The notes under the pieces were generated by a model that had not been told where the DNA came from, did not search any database, and was given only the letters and a program-made list of their open reading frames with translations. Shown piece after piece: positions 1 through 10,100 of a stretch of DNA of 55,774 nucleotides. The stretch comes from a virus. Its lineage: Duplodnaviria > Caudoviricetes. The translations under genes were made by a program, and so were the position numbers. Position 1 is the stretch's first letter. Each line of letters begins with the position of its first letter. Location of the stretch: positions 1-55,774 of the IMG/VR virus record IMGVR_UViG_3300025087_000084; one strand, given 5' to 3'.

Positions 1-3
1 TCT

Positions 4-129
4 TAAATCTGTTGATATAAGATTAAAGATACCGAATAGATTCATGGTAGATGACGAAGGTGCTTATAATCTTCATTCCAACTTTACGAGTTACGTAGTA
101 CAAAAAGGTGTTGATATGTATAATCACAG
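4..129. repeat. Terminal direct repeat, left copy (assembly overlap of a circular or terminally redundant genome)
   Basis: Bases 4-129 are identical to 55649-55774 (126 bp); bases 1-3 (tct) do not match the corresponding caa. Confidence 0.95.
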
Positions 130-3100
130 AACTTTTAATCCTACTGATGCACAAATTGATGCTTTAATAGAAAAAGTTGATAATGTGAATTATAATGAGT
201 TACCCGGAGACAAGAAAAAAGATATACGTAAAGCTGTAAGTGTATTTATGTATAATAAAGCAGGAGGCCCTTTTGTTAGTGGAATACGTAATTCTGATGA
301 TTTAGCAACTTCAGATTTAACATATAAGTTACCTAAAGTCAAGCTAACAGATAAAGGCACAAATGCACAATTAATGCAAAAATTCAGATTAATGGATAAA
401 CCTAAAACTATTGAACAAGAGAAAACTGGATGGGCGAGATATTCTGATAATGGATATGAAGTTTCAAGTCAAGGTGATAAACGTTTTAGTGCAATGAGTG
501 CAACATTAAAAAATGGTAAAACCATAGAACAAACATATCAAGAAGCTAAAGGTTCTGGTAAAGGATTACCTTCTATACATAAAGACTTTAAGTATTGGAG
601 TACATATTTGGATATATGGAAACAATGGTCTAAGGAGAATCCTGAATTAATTGAAGAATTAAGAACTATTACTAAAAATAAAGTATTAACTGATAAATTT
701 GCTAATACTGAAAATAATCAGGCAAGAGCATTGGCGACAATATTAGGTAAGACCACTGGACCAATAGAAACGAGTAACTTTGTCAACATGGGTAAATGGG
801 AAAATAGTCATAGAGATCCTATAGATGGCACAGATACAGATAGAAAAATGAGAGAACTTGCAGATGGTTTTATCGGTGAAATAGTATTCATGAATACTTC
901 GTCACAAACAAGTCATGATAGAATATATAATAAAGTAAAGAATTACAAAGGTTATATTGTTTCAAAGCATCAAAAAAATATAACAAAAGAAGTAAGTATA
1001 GAAAAAGGAATTATGCCTTATGATGAATTTATGGATATAGATTACAATAAATTAAATGAGGAAGAAAAAACACTCTATGCTAAAAGCGCGGAAGAATACT
1101 ATAAAAACATAAACTTACCCAATGAATTCGGGGATGAAACAATTTCGGATAATATTGATAGAAGATTTACAATAATGTTAGCCAGAAACAGTGAATTATC
1201 AGAAACACCGAAATTACAGATAGAAACAAAAGATGCTATATACCGTGCAAATATCAACGGAGCTAAGTTCATAGTAGGTAATTCGTATATAGATAAACCT
1301 TTTATAGACTATTTAGAAGAAATTAATGCTGATTATACAATGTATGGCTATGAAGGTAAAAATAGAATAATGCCTGAAAATATATCTAAACAATCTTATA
1401 CGATACCTCGTAAAGACGATTATGCTCCATTGTTCAAAAAACAGGAAACACTTAAAATGCTTCATAAATCGCTTACAAACGATTTAAACAATGAAATCAT
1501 AGGAATACCCGAATATATGTATAAAAACCTGTTTAAGAGCAATGGAGAGCTATTTAGAATGGATTCTTTAACACGTAATTTGATAGTTTCAAGAGTTGAC
1601 AATGAAGTTAATCCTCAAACAGGTAAATTGATACCATATAGAGATAAAAATAATGTAGCCAAAGATGTATTTGATAACTTTGTTAAGATTAAACCATTCG
1701 GTAATACTAGTGAACCGGGAACTGAAGTATATGCAGCAAGCGTATATCATGATATATTTAATAGATATCCTGTTAAAAATATGGTATTTGAATGGAATAA
1801 AGTAAGTAATAATGAAAAATTCAGATATGATAATGGAGAAATACAAAGAATAATAGAATCTGATAAAGGAACTACGATACAAGATAAAATACGATTAAAT
1901 GAAATATTCGACAGTGATGGCAATATAACAGTTTCATGGATTCCTAAAGATATATTGAATTCAGGGTTACATAGATTTGTAGAAATAAACAGGCCTTATA
2001 CAGAAAGCGGTAAAAATGAATTAATCTCAAAGGCAATAGCCAATGTAACCAAGAAGTTAATACCTGATAACAAATTGTTACAAGGACAGTTATTCTCAAA
2101 ATTAATGTATAGTAATCACAAAGGTTACCAATTACATACTTTATTCAGTTCCAAAGGATTATCCGGTGGTACTATCGGTTCTCCGATACGGCTTCAGGCA
2201 GATGATAATTATATTAAACTTGTATCTTATAAGTATGGTATAAACGAAGAACAAGCAAAAAATCTTATTATAGGTGAAACACCTTTTAATATGTACGAAA
2301 GTATAAAATTTGCTAAAGAAAACGGAGTTGAGCCATATGTCAAAGAATATAAATTAACTGAATATCTATATGATACTATGGATAAACTTAATCCGATAGA
2401 AGTTACAAATGAATCCAGAGATGGATTGAATATGTCCATATTTAACTTAAAGAAAAAAGTTACTTTATCTGATATAGGCAAACCATTGGATTTTATTAAA
2501 AATATGAATATAGCAATTAACAAAGATTTACTCGATAAAGCAAGTGAACTTATTGATAATAAACCTTTGTATCAATGGTTAAAAAGTGATTATGACGGAG
2601 TATTTGCTAATTATGTTAAACCTGCAGTTCAAGATAAATTTGCTAAAATACAAAAGCGTGAAAAAGCATTTACAAATGATGAATGGAGTAATCTGGAAAC
2701 AAATATGCTTCATTATTTATCACCGGATATGGTAAGATTTACTGAAACCATGTATTCAAATCGTGAAGGAGGTTCTTATGGAGCTCAGGCAATAAGATTA
2801 ACAATGATGGCTAATATAGCTAATGCTTTTGAACAAATGCAAAAAAGTATCTATTATATTAATAAACCTTTAATGAGTAAATTAAGAAGTTTTTCATTAT
2901 TGCATTCTACAATGGAAAATGAAATTTACAGAGATTTGACTAATGTATTTAAAGTATTTAATCCTAATGAACTTATAACAACTACAGGAAAATGGAGTAA
3001 TGGAGTAGAAATTGAAAATGAACAAAGATCACCCATGACTTTAAAGGACATAATTAATCAAGCTACATTGCTCCAATCTTCCTTAATGTTCCATCCTAAG

Positions 3101-6100
3101 CATTTGATTAACTTGTCTATACCAATAGAACAAATGAGGTTCCAGAAAGACATAGTATTATCTTTATTATCTGAATTAACTGACAATAGGACTTTGAATA
3201 TTTTTAATTCTTCGTCAAAAAGAAAGAAAAATAAAATAAATAGTTATATAAGTAATATATATGGTGATGACTTTAGTATAGGTATTTCTGCCTTACAGAA
3301 TAAACCTGAACTCATGGAACAATTTGGCATACATTCAGGATATGGCGATAATAGCATAAATCAAAGAAATATTAATTCACAAAAATATACAGGGGGTTAT
3401 GATGTTAATGACGTAAGTAACTTAAGAGAAATGATTAAAAATCAATTAAGTCAAACATTGCCTAAGGGACAATTGTCTTTAGAAGATTTATCTACGGAAA
3501 ATCCACATATAGATCCTATGCTTAACTATTTACGATTAAAGGTAAACTTTAATTCTATTGCCGATGTATTACAGAATATCGCTTTACAAATGGAATTTTC
3601 CAATGATAAACTTAATACAGATGATCCCGAGAGGTATACTTTATTAACTAAAAACATAGACAATACACGTAAGCTGGCTAATGAGTTAACAAATGCAACA
3701 CCGTTAAAAATGGCTGATTTATTAAGAAAAAGGACATTAAGCGATGGAGAAACTATTGATTTAATTAAAAAAATAACTGCTAAAGAAGAAGAAGGTTCTT
3801 TGGAATACAGAGCCAAAAAGTATTATGCACATAAAGCAATAATGAATCAAAAGTACAGAGATTTGACGGATTATGGTTTATATGAAACAGGTGAAGCCGT
3901 TGATAATGACAAAAAGCCAATGGCTGAAAGAGAAAATACTAAGACTTCTTTATTCAATATAGCTACTCAGTACATTAAAACAGCTAAAGCGGAATTCAAT
4001 GACTATGAACGCGATAAAGACAAAGTTAAAACTATTATAATTAAAAATGTCGAAGAAAGCATAAATAAGATTCCCGAAAACATTAATTCTTTAAAGTTAA
4101 ATATTAAAGAAATAGAAAATAGCACTATACCGGAAGATTCCAAAAATAGAATGATGGACCGACACAAGAAATGGATAAGTGATTATGAAAAAAGGTTCTT
4201 TGAATACGATAATGACCCTGGTTATATAGGCAAATTGTCAGAAGAACTTTATAATGATGCGCTGGAGAATGTTGAACTACGGAATACGGAATCTTCCGGC
4301 TATTATAATCTTTTAAGAGACATGGGCGCTCCCGGCTTTGAAATGCCATTTGAGCGTTTAACAGGCGATAAAATACGAGAACTTAACGATTATGCTAAAA
4401 ATGTCATACAAAACAAATTAGACATGTTCACCGATGAAATAGACATAAATGACAAAACTGTTTATTATGGTCAACAGGCACAAAGATTATTAGATCATAA
4501 AATCAATATTGACGATAAGATTACATTAGATAAAATACTATTAGCATTTAATCCGGCATTGGCAAATGATCCTAATGTTTATAGTTATAATTTAGATAAT
4601 CTTGCTAATATGATAGGCGGTAAAGTTAAAAATGCCATTGTACAAGTAGAAAATGTATTTCAAAGAATATATAATGATGAGCCGGATAAAAATATTCAGG
4701 CAAGATTTACTATGATCGGTAAATTATCACGTACTATGAGTGCACAGAATCTATATGTCAATAAAATAGACAAAGAACGATTATTTACAAGTGATATACC
4801 TAAAGACAGCAATATGAACTTAATGGTACATACAGGCAATTTAGAACCTGTTAATATACAAGGTAGGTACATAGGAACAACTGAAATCGAAAATAGATAT
4901 TTAGACGGTACTGTAGAAAAGATACCTGTTTTAACGATTATGGATGATTCGAATAAAGCTAAAACTTTATATATAATAGAAAAAGATAATATACTTGAAG
5001 CATTGCATGGAGAACCATATCCGAAATTACAGAAGTTCATGAGCAATAAGATTAATGAAACTTATAAAGAATCTTCCGAAGAAATGCTTAATTACATTAA
5101 GGCAAATTATTATAAAGAAGAAAAAAAGAGTTTTTATAGAAATATACAACGTACCGGTGAAGATGAATTCGGTGTTAATCTTATAACCAATAAAGACTTT
5201 GTTGTTAAATCAACTGTTATGTCATCTAATCCAAATGCAAAAGCTGTTAAATCATTGGAATACCGTAATGGAATAGGCAGAATAGATGTTAAAGTAAAAG
5301 AAGGTTTGTTTACTCCTTATAACTTAGCTAATGCGTTAGATAAGTATCTTAAAATGGGACAGAAAGCAACTGCTTTAAGCGTATATTTAGGAGGTCAATA
5401 TCCTGCTATTGCCTTAGCTTCATTAGTAGCTTCGCCTATTATAGGATTACCGGCAGCAGGAGCTATATCAGGTGCTATGACAGTTGCACTTGGCAAAAGA
5501 TGGTCTAAAATAGTCTTACAAAATTTTACGGATAATGCCGGGGTAGGCACTACATTTCCTACTTCTGAATTTGCAATAGGAAACAAAAATAAGTTTATGA
5601 TGTTATTAGCCGGCATAAAACAAACAGGCACTGATATGAAATTAACCTGGGATATAGGTAATGATGCCAATAGGCCTGTTTCAACTGCTGCTGCATCTGT
5701 ACGTGCTGTTACTGAAGGTACTAAAACAGTCAATACCAATATTCAGGATGCTTTAGACGATATAAAACAAACAGTATTAAACTGGAATTTCTTTAAAGAT
5801 TTAAAGAACATATCAAGAACTAAACAAGCAATTGAAGTATTTGATAATTTAGCTAAGAACAAAGAAGATATAGATAGTTATTTAAGTGAATTAAGAGATG
5901 TATCGGGAGAAACAATAAAAGAAGTCATTAAATATACATTAAAGCAAACGGCTAAAATTGGTTCAAGCCCTATGTTTATTAATGAAAATATAGTTAATCT
6001 TAAATTAGCTAAAGGCAGAAATATAAGAGGAGAAGGCAAAACAAAGTATACTGAATCTGTGCCTTTTATTAATGACTTAAGCAGGCGTGAATACAATAAT

Positions 6101-7186
6101 CTCATACTTAATTATTCTGATTATTTATCTACGATACTATCCGGCAAGGGATATGCACAACACATGGAACTAGTTTCTACATATAATTCATATAACAAAA
6201 TGGCTTATAAGATAAATGACATTATAGGCAAAGGTGGTGCAAGAGAAAGAGCTATGAATGAATTTAAGGAATCAATACTACAAAAAGCTAAAGATGAAAA
6301 CAGATCTGTATCACCCGAAGAAATAGAATTTATTAATAGTGTTAAACCCGATATGAGTAAATGGCTAAGCACAGAACTGGAAAAATCATTGGTATGGAAA
6401 TCAATAGGTAATTATGTGCGTAATCCGGCTCAATCAACATCAGTAGGCAGAATGTTGACAATGTTTGGTAACTTTAACAAAGAATCCGGTTTGAACCAAA
6501 CTACTTATATGATTAAACGCAAACAAATGTATAATGCTTTAATGGAAGGAATAGCCAAAGATAAAGAATTTGTTAATTACATGGAACACATAGGAATACC
6601 CTTTGGAGACTGGTATTTGGCTAAAGACAGTATAACTCGTTATGCTGTTCAGGGTTTATTTAAACACGCTGTAACAGGCGGTATAGCTCCTTTGCTCGGT
6701 TATATCGGATTAAGCGGTATGGCATCTTTCTTAAGTCAATTACAGGAACTATTTTTTGATGAAAAGAGCTTTTATGGAGTATTTACTACAGGTGACAGTA
6801 TCCGTATGGCAGTTGCAGGAATGATACAAAGTGCATTATTGTTTATGGTGTCTAATGCGGGGGATATGAATAAAACAACACATAAGTCTAATTTGGATAA
6901 AATAATCAGACCTGTTGGAAATGTTACAAAAGGATTAGGCGGAGGTTATGCTTTAAGTCCATTTGTGGAATTCATACTTGAGCTGGCAATTTTAACTATG
7001 AAGAACTATTGGGACCAATATAAACAATATGGAAGAAAAACCGAAACAGTGGATAATGAACATTTTACTAATTGGATGTTTAATAGTGCTTATGAATTTG
7101 CATATATACCTGTACAGCCATTTGCTTCATTTGGAAACCAAGTAACAAAACAGTATAAAGAAAATGTTGGAAATAAGAGAAGATGA
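44..7186 (+). CDS. C-terminal half of a giant (~4,895 aa) virion/ejection polyvalent protein; NADAR-like and SLOG-like domains and hydrophobic segments. True start is at 48144 across the junction
   Basis: Frame is open upstream of 44; ATG 44 equals position 55689 of the ORF starting at 48144, same frame. Last gene of the ejection-protein block. Confidence 0.85.
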   Translation: MVDDEGAYNLHSNFTSYVVQKGVDMYNHRTFNPTDAQIDALIEKVDNVNYNELPGDKKKDIRKAVSVFMYNKAGGPFVSGIRNSDDLATSDLTYKLPKVKLTDKGTNAQLMQKFRLMDKPKTIEQEKTGWARYSDNGYEVSSQGDKRFSAMSATLKNGKTIEQTYQEAKGSGKGLPSIHKDFKYWSTYLDIWKQWSKENPELIEELRTITKNKVLTDKFANTENNQARALATILGKTTGPIETSNFVNMGKWENSHRDPIDGTDTDRKMRELADGFIGEIVFMNTSSQTSHDRIYNKVKNYKGYIVSKHQKNITKEVSIEKGIMPYDEFMDIDYNKLNEEEKTLYAKSAEEYYKNINLPNEFGDETISDNIDRRFTIMLARNSELSETPKLQIETKDAIYRANINGAKFIVGNSYIDKPFIDYLEEINADYTMYGYEGKNRIMPENISKQSYTIPRKDDYAPLFKKQETLKMLHKSLTNDLNNEIIGIPEYMYKNLFKSNGELFRMDSLTRNLIVSRVDNEVNPQTGKLIPYRDKNNVAKDVFDNFVKIKPFGNTSEPGTEVYAASVYHDIFNRYPVKNMVFEWNKVSNNEKFRYDNGEIQRIIESDKGTTIQDKIRLNEIFDSDGNITVSWIPKDILNSGLHRFVEINRPYTESGKNELISKAIANVTKKLIPDNKLLQGQLFSKLMYSNHKGYQLHTLFSSKGLSGGTIGSPIRLQADDNYIKLVSYKYGINEEQAKNLIIGETPFNMYESIKFAKENGVEPYVKEYKLTEYLYDTMDKLNPIEVTNESRDGLNMSIFNLKKKVTLSDIGKPLDFIKNMNIAINKDLLDKASELIDNKPLYQWLKSDYDGVFANYVKPAVQDKFAKIQKREKAFTNDEWSNLETNMLHYLSPDMVRFTETMYSNREGGSYGAQAIRLTMMANIANAFEQMQKSIYYINKPLMSKLRSFSLLHSTMENEIYRDLTNVFKVFNPNELITTTGKWSNGVEIENEQRSPMTLKDIINQATLLQSSLMFHPKHLINLSIPIEQMRFQKDIVLSLLSELTDNRTLNIFNSSSKRKKNKINSYISNIYGDDFSIGISALQNKPELMEQFGIHSGYGDNSINQRNINSQKYTGGYDVNDVSNLREMIKNQLSQTLPKGQLSLEDLSTENPHIDPMLNYLRLKVNFNSIADVLQNIALQMEFSNDKLNTDDPERYTLLTKNIDNTRKLANELTNATPLKMADLLRKRTLSDGETIDLIKKITAKEEEGSLEYRAKKYYAHKAIMNQKYRDLTDYGLYETGEAVDNDKKPMAERENTKTSLFNIATQYIKTAKAEFNDYERDKDKVKTIIIKNVEESINKIPENINSLKLNIKEIENSTIPEDSKNRMMDRHKKWISDYEKRFFEYDNDPGYIGKLSEELYNDALENVELRNTESSGYYNLLRDMGAPGFEMPFERLTGDKIRELNDYAKNVIQNKLDMFTDEIDINDKTVYYGQQAQRLLDHKINIDDKITLDKILLAFNPALANDPNVYSYNLDNLANMIGGKVKNAIVQVENVFQRIYNDEPDKNIQARFTMIGKLSRTMSAQNLYVNKIDKERLFTSDIPKDSNMNLMVHTGNLEPVNIQGRYIGTTEIENRYLDGTVEKIPVLTIMDDSNKAKTLYIIEKDNILEALHGEPYPKLQKFMSNKINETYKESSEEMLNYIKANYYKEEKKSFYRNIQRTGEDEFGVNLITNKDFVVKSTVMSSNPNAKAVKSLEYRNGIGRIDVKVKEGLFTPYNLANALDKYLKMGQKATALSVYLGGQYPAIALASLVASPIIGLPAAGAISGAMTVALGKRWSKIVLQNFTDNAGVGTTFPTSEFAIGNKNKFMMLLAGIKQTGTDMKLTWDIGNDANRPVSTAAASVRAVTEGTKTVNTNIQDALDDIKQTVLNWNFFKDLKNISRTKQAIEVFDNLAKNKEDIDSYLSELRDVSGETIKEVIKYTLKQTAKIGSSPMFINENIVNLKLAKGRNIRGEGKTKYTESVPFINDLSRREYNNLILNYSDYLSTILSGKGYAQHMELVSTYNSYNKMAYKINDIIGKGGARERAMNEFKESILQKAKDENRSVSPEEIEFINSVKPDMSKWLSTELEKSLVWKSIGNYVRNPAQSTSVGRMLTMFGNFNKESGLNQTTYMIKRKQMYNALMEGIAKDKEFVNYMEHIGIPFGDWYLAKDSITRYAVQGLFKHAVTGGIAPLLGYIGLSGMASFLSQLQELFFDEKSFYGVFTTGDSIRMAVAGMIQSALLFMVSNAGDMNKTTHKSNLDKIIRPVGNVTKGLGGGYALSPFVEFILELAILTMKNYWDQYKQYGRKTETVDNEHFTNWMFNSAYEFAYIPVQPFASFGNQVTKQYKENVGNKRR

Positions 7187-7197
7187 TGTTAAATTGC
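7167..7197 (+). promoter_or_regulatory. Candidate host-type promoter TTG-N20-TAAATTGC
   Basis: Same spacing as the other TTG-N20-TAnnTT sites; upstream of AAGGAG RBS and ATG 7229. Confidence 0.4.
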
Positions 7198-7228
7198 ATA
7201 TAAATTTTTAAAATAAAGGAGAAATGTT

Positions 7229-7633
7229 ATGATGTTATCAAGTCCAATCATGTTTATCTTTGAATTGAAAGATTCAAGTTATTCTAATAAAAACGGCAGA
7301 ACAATGGGTAATCAATATGTCGTTGTAGGCCATGAAGATAAACAAAGCAAATTTTTATTTATAAACGATAAAAAAGAAATAGACGCTATAGAAATGTCGG
7401 GTATTAAATTCGTTAGATTTAAAGATGATCCTGTACCTGTTAGCATTCCACAAGTGAAAGAAAGATGGGAAACATTTGATAAAACAGTAAAACAAAGTGA
7501 ATCATTTGATCTAATTACTGCTTTAGAAAATATGAAATTACAGGATATACCTAAGTCAGTTAAATCTGCATGTACAACAGTTATACGTCATTATCAAGGA
7601 ATCATGGATGAAACTGGAGAAAGCACAAATTGA
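7229..7633 (+). CDS. Hypothetical protein (134 aa)
   Basis: ORF with AAGGAG RBS. Confidence 0.75.
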   Translation: MMLSSPIMFIFELKDSSYSNKNGRTMGNQYVVVGHEDKQSKFLFINDKKEIDAIEMSGIKFVRFKDDPVPVSIPQVKERWETFDKTVKQSESFDLITALENMKLQDIPKSVKSACTTVIRHYQGIMDETGESTN

Positions 7634-7913
7634 AATAACTGATTACCAAAAGCTATTTGCCAAAGTATCAAAAAAGGACATGATTCTTGTACCTATTAAG
7701 TATGTGCCTTATGTAATCAGATTAGCAGAAGAAGAACCGACTACATTAGAAATGATATGGAAAATATTAACATTAGCACCGAAATTGATTAAGTTAACTT
7801 ATTATATATTTATGTTTTATTTAAAGTTTAAGGAGTGGTATAATGGAAAACTGGAAGACAACAGCAGGAGCAGTCATAGGAGCAATAGGATTAGCTCTAT
7901 CACAGATAAATGA
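7608..7913 (+). CDS. Hypothetical protein (101 aa)
   Basis: ORF overlapping both neighbours; hydrophobic stretch near the C-terminus. Confidence 0.55.
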   Translation: MKLEKAQIEITDYQKLFAKVSKKDMILVPIKYVPYVIRLAEEEPTTLEMIWKILTLAPKLIKLTYYIFMFYLKFKEWYNGKLEDNSRSSHRSNRISSITDK

Positions 7914-7995
7914 ACCTGAGTGGGTTTCATGGCTTGGAAAAGGTTTAATACTTATAGGTACTTTATTCTTTGGTTATAATGCAAAAGATAAGTAA
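7843..7995 (+). CDS. Small two-TM holin-like membrane protein (50 aa; not in ORF track)
   Basis: AAGGAG RBS; MENWKTTAGAVIGAIGLALSQINEPEWVSWLGKGLILIGTLFFGYNAKDK has two hydrophobic helices and an NWKTT...AKD pattern; followed by a terminator. Confidence 0.7.
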   Translation: MENWKTTAGAVIGAIGLALSQINEPEWVSWLGKGLILIGTLFFGYNAKDK

Positions 7996-8016
7996 TTGAT
8001 AATACTAAATTATTGG

Positions 8017-8041
8017 AAGGGTGTATAATCACCCTTTTTTT
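8017..8041 (+). terminator. Intrinsic terminator
   Basis: aagggtg-tataat-caccctt followed by a T run. Confidence 0.8.
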
Positions 8042-8164
8042 ATATGTATAGAATACATTGTAAAATATATGTTTATAATCCTTTATTAAACCGTAATGAA
8101 TTTTGCGGTATAATGATAATGCCAAGAACTTGTTATTGCTTATATAGTATATACTTGAATTAAT

Positions 8165-10099
8165 ATGGACATAGAAGACATAATAGCTACATGTGTAAAA
8201 AATACTGCAAATTCCAGCAATACCGAAAAGTTAGGTATATACAGATTTGCTAAAATGTTCTTTCCGAATATATTCAATCGTAATTTTAGCGAAGTGCATT
8301 ATATTATGGCTGAATTGTTATTTAAGCTTCATGATCCGTCAAAAGAATATGTTATGCAGAAACAAGCATATTTCATGGTGCACAGAGAAGCTGCTAAAAC
8401 GACCATAGGAAGCTTTTTGTTTCCCACCTATCTCTTATACCTCAAAGGCCATGATATATACGTTAGAAGTGAACTATTGGGCTGGAATGAGCAAAAGAAA
8501 GAGGACTTTAAGCAATATATGATAAATGACGATATTGTACGTATGCCTATTAATGAAAGTTTCATTGTAATTGCATCTCAAACTTTAAGGCGGGCTGAAG
8601 GATTCATATCATCTATAAAAACCACAATTGAATCAAGGTCTGATTTAGCTAAAATATTCGGTGATAAGGATCCGAGAGTTATTGAAGATTATGAAGATAG
8701 AAAAAGAACACATAAGATGTGGAGGGTTAATAGTTTTATTACTTCAGATGACACAATTATATGGGCAATAGGAGCAGGTCAGCATACAAGAGGATTAAAC
8801 ATAAACGGCAAAAGGCCTACTTTGATTATTGCCGACGATATATATTCACAGGATAATACTAAAACAGAACAATCGCGACAACAAATAGAATATTGGTTTG
8901 ATGCTGAATTGCTTAACAGCGCTGATTCAAGAGAAGGCAAAGTATTAATGCTCGGAACATTAGTTCATCCGGACACTGTATTCAAAGATATAGTTAATTC
9001 TAAAAACTGGTATGGAGTAAACAGGCCTATTATATCTGAAGCTGAACTTAAAGCATTGGTTAATATATGCACAAAAGACGGCAATTTCATAGTGCCTGAA
9101 TTAGCCGAGTGCAATCACTTGGATGATGGTTTAAGAACATTATCATGGAGAGATCATAAAGGCAGTTATTTTATTCTTAATAAATATTATGAATATTTGA
9201 AAAAGAATAAACTTGATAATTTTTATCAGGAGTTTATGAATAATCCCCTTGCTCCGGAAACCTTAATGATTTCTCCCGATAGTTTCGTTAAAACGCATAT
9301 GAAGGTATATAAAGAAAACTCAAAACAAATGGTAGAATTCATATATGATAATATGAAATGGAAAGGTGAGCTAAATTTATATATTGGATTAGACATTGCA
9401 TCTTCATTTGCACAGACAAGCGATGATACTGTTATAATGGTTGCAGGATATGCACGATGCTGGCCCAGTGTTCCGGGATATGATTTGCATTATTTAGCCA
9501 AGGATATGCCAAGGGGAAAAGTGTTTCCTATAATTGTACATATTGAAGGTGGTAAATACTCAGTAACGGATTATCAGCAAAGACCCGGTATGACAGAATC
9601 ATTAATGAGAAGATGTACAGAATATCTTATACAACAGATAAATGCAGAAACCCAGGGACAACAGGAACAGATAGTACGTGAAATACGCAAGAATTTTGAG
9701 GAACCCGATGTTGAAGCAGTTGCATTGCGTAAAAGGGTGCTTGAATCTCCCAGGCCTCTTAATATAACCATATTCAATGAAACTACGAATATGAATAAAA
9801 AAGAAAGGATATTAAGTATATTATTGCCTATTATTCAAAGGCATAAAATAGTATTATATAATGACAGAATAAACGAAGTAATGATTGATAGATTATATAG
9901 TCAATTATTAACAGTTGGATTTGCAGACCACGATGATTTTCCTGATGCTTATGCTATAACAATGAAGCATGCCATACCTCCTGAAATTGACGATAAGCTT
10001 ATAAGAGATTTAACAGGCAATGTATATCACAAAATTACCTATAACAGAGAAATGGAATTAATAGCCGAATATGGTGATGATTGGATGTATTATTATTAG
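8165..10099 (+). CDS. terL: Terminase large subunit
   Basis: Walker A variant HREAAKTT, Walker B LIIADD, LGTLVH coupling motif, RNase H-like IGLDIASS...SDDT and C-terminal HDDFPDA. Confidence 0.9.
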   Translation: MDIEDIIATCVKNTANSSNTEKLGIYRFAKMFFPNIFNRNFSEVHYIMAELLFKLHDPSKEYVMQKQAYFMVHREAAKTTIGSFLFPTYLLYLKGHDIYVRSELLGWNEQKKEDFKQYMINDDIVRMPINESFIVIASQTLRRAEGFISSIKTTIESRSDLAKIFGDKDPRVIEDYEDRKRTHKMWRVNSFITSDDTIIWAIGAGQHTRGLNINGKRPTLIIADDIYSQDNTKTEQSRQQIEYWFDAELLNSADSREGKVLMLGTLVHPDTVFKDIVNSKNWYGVNRPIISEAELKALVNICTKDGNFIVPELAECNHLDDGLRTLSWRDHKGSYFILNKYYEYLKKNKLDNFYQEFMNNPLAPETLMISPDSFVKTHMKVYKENSKQMVEFIYDNMKWKGELNLYIGLDIASSFAQTSDDTVIMVAGYARCWPSVPGYDLHYLAKDMPRGKVFPIIVHIEGGKYSVTDYQQRPGMTESLMRRCTEYLIQQINAETQGQQEQIVREIRKNFEEPDVEAVALRKRVLESPRPLNITIFNETTNMNKKERILSILLPIIQRHKIVLYNDRINEVMIDRLYSQLLTVGFADHDDFPDAYAITMKHAIPPEIDDKLIRDLTGNVYHKITYNREMELIAEYGDDWMYYY

Positions 10100-10100
10100 T

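Noticed and set aside
44-46. ATG 44 as the true start of a 2380-aa gene
   Set aside because: The frame is open upstream and continues from 48144 through the terminal overlap; no clear RBS
4-129. Terminal repeat as biological genome ends
   Set aside because: It falls mid-gene and has the size of an assembler overlap; it indicates circularity only
1589-6105. Short minus-strand ORFs inside the giant gene (also 50258-54655 and within structural genes)
   Set aside because: Antisense to long genes with clear motifs; no RBS or recognisable domains
8129-8157. Promoter for leaderless terL (CTTG...TATACTTG)
   Set aside because: 17-nt spacing and a mismatch to TAnnTTTG, unlike the other sites
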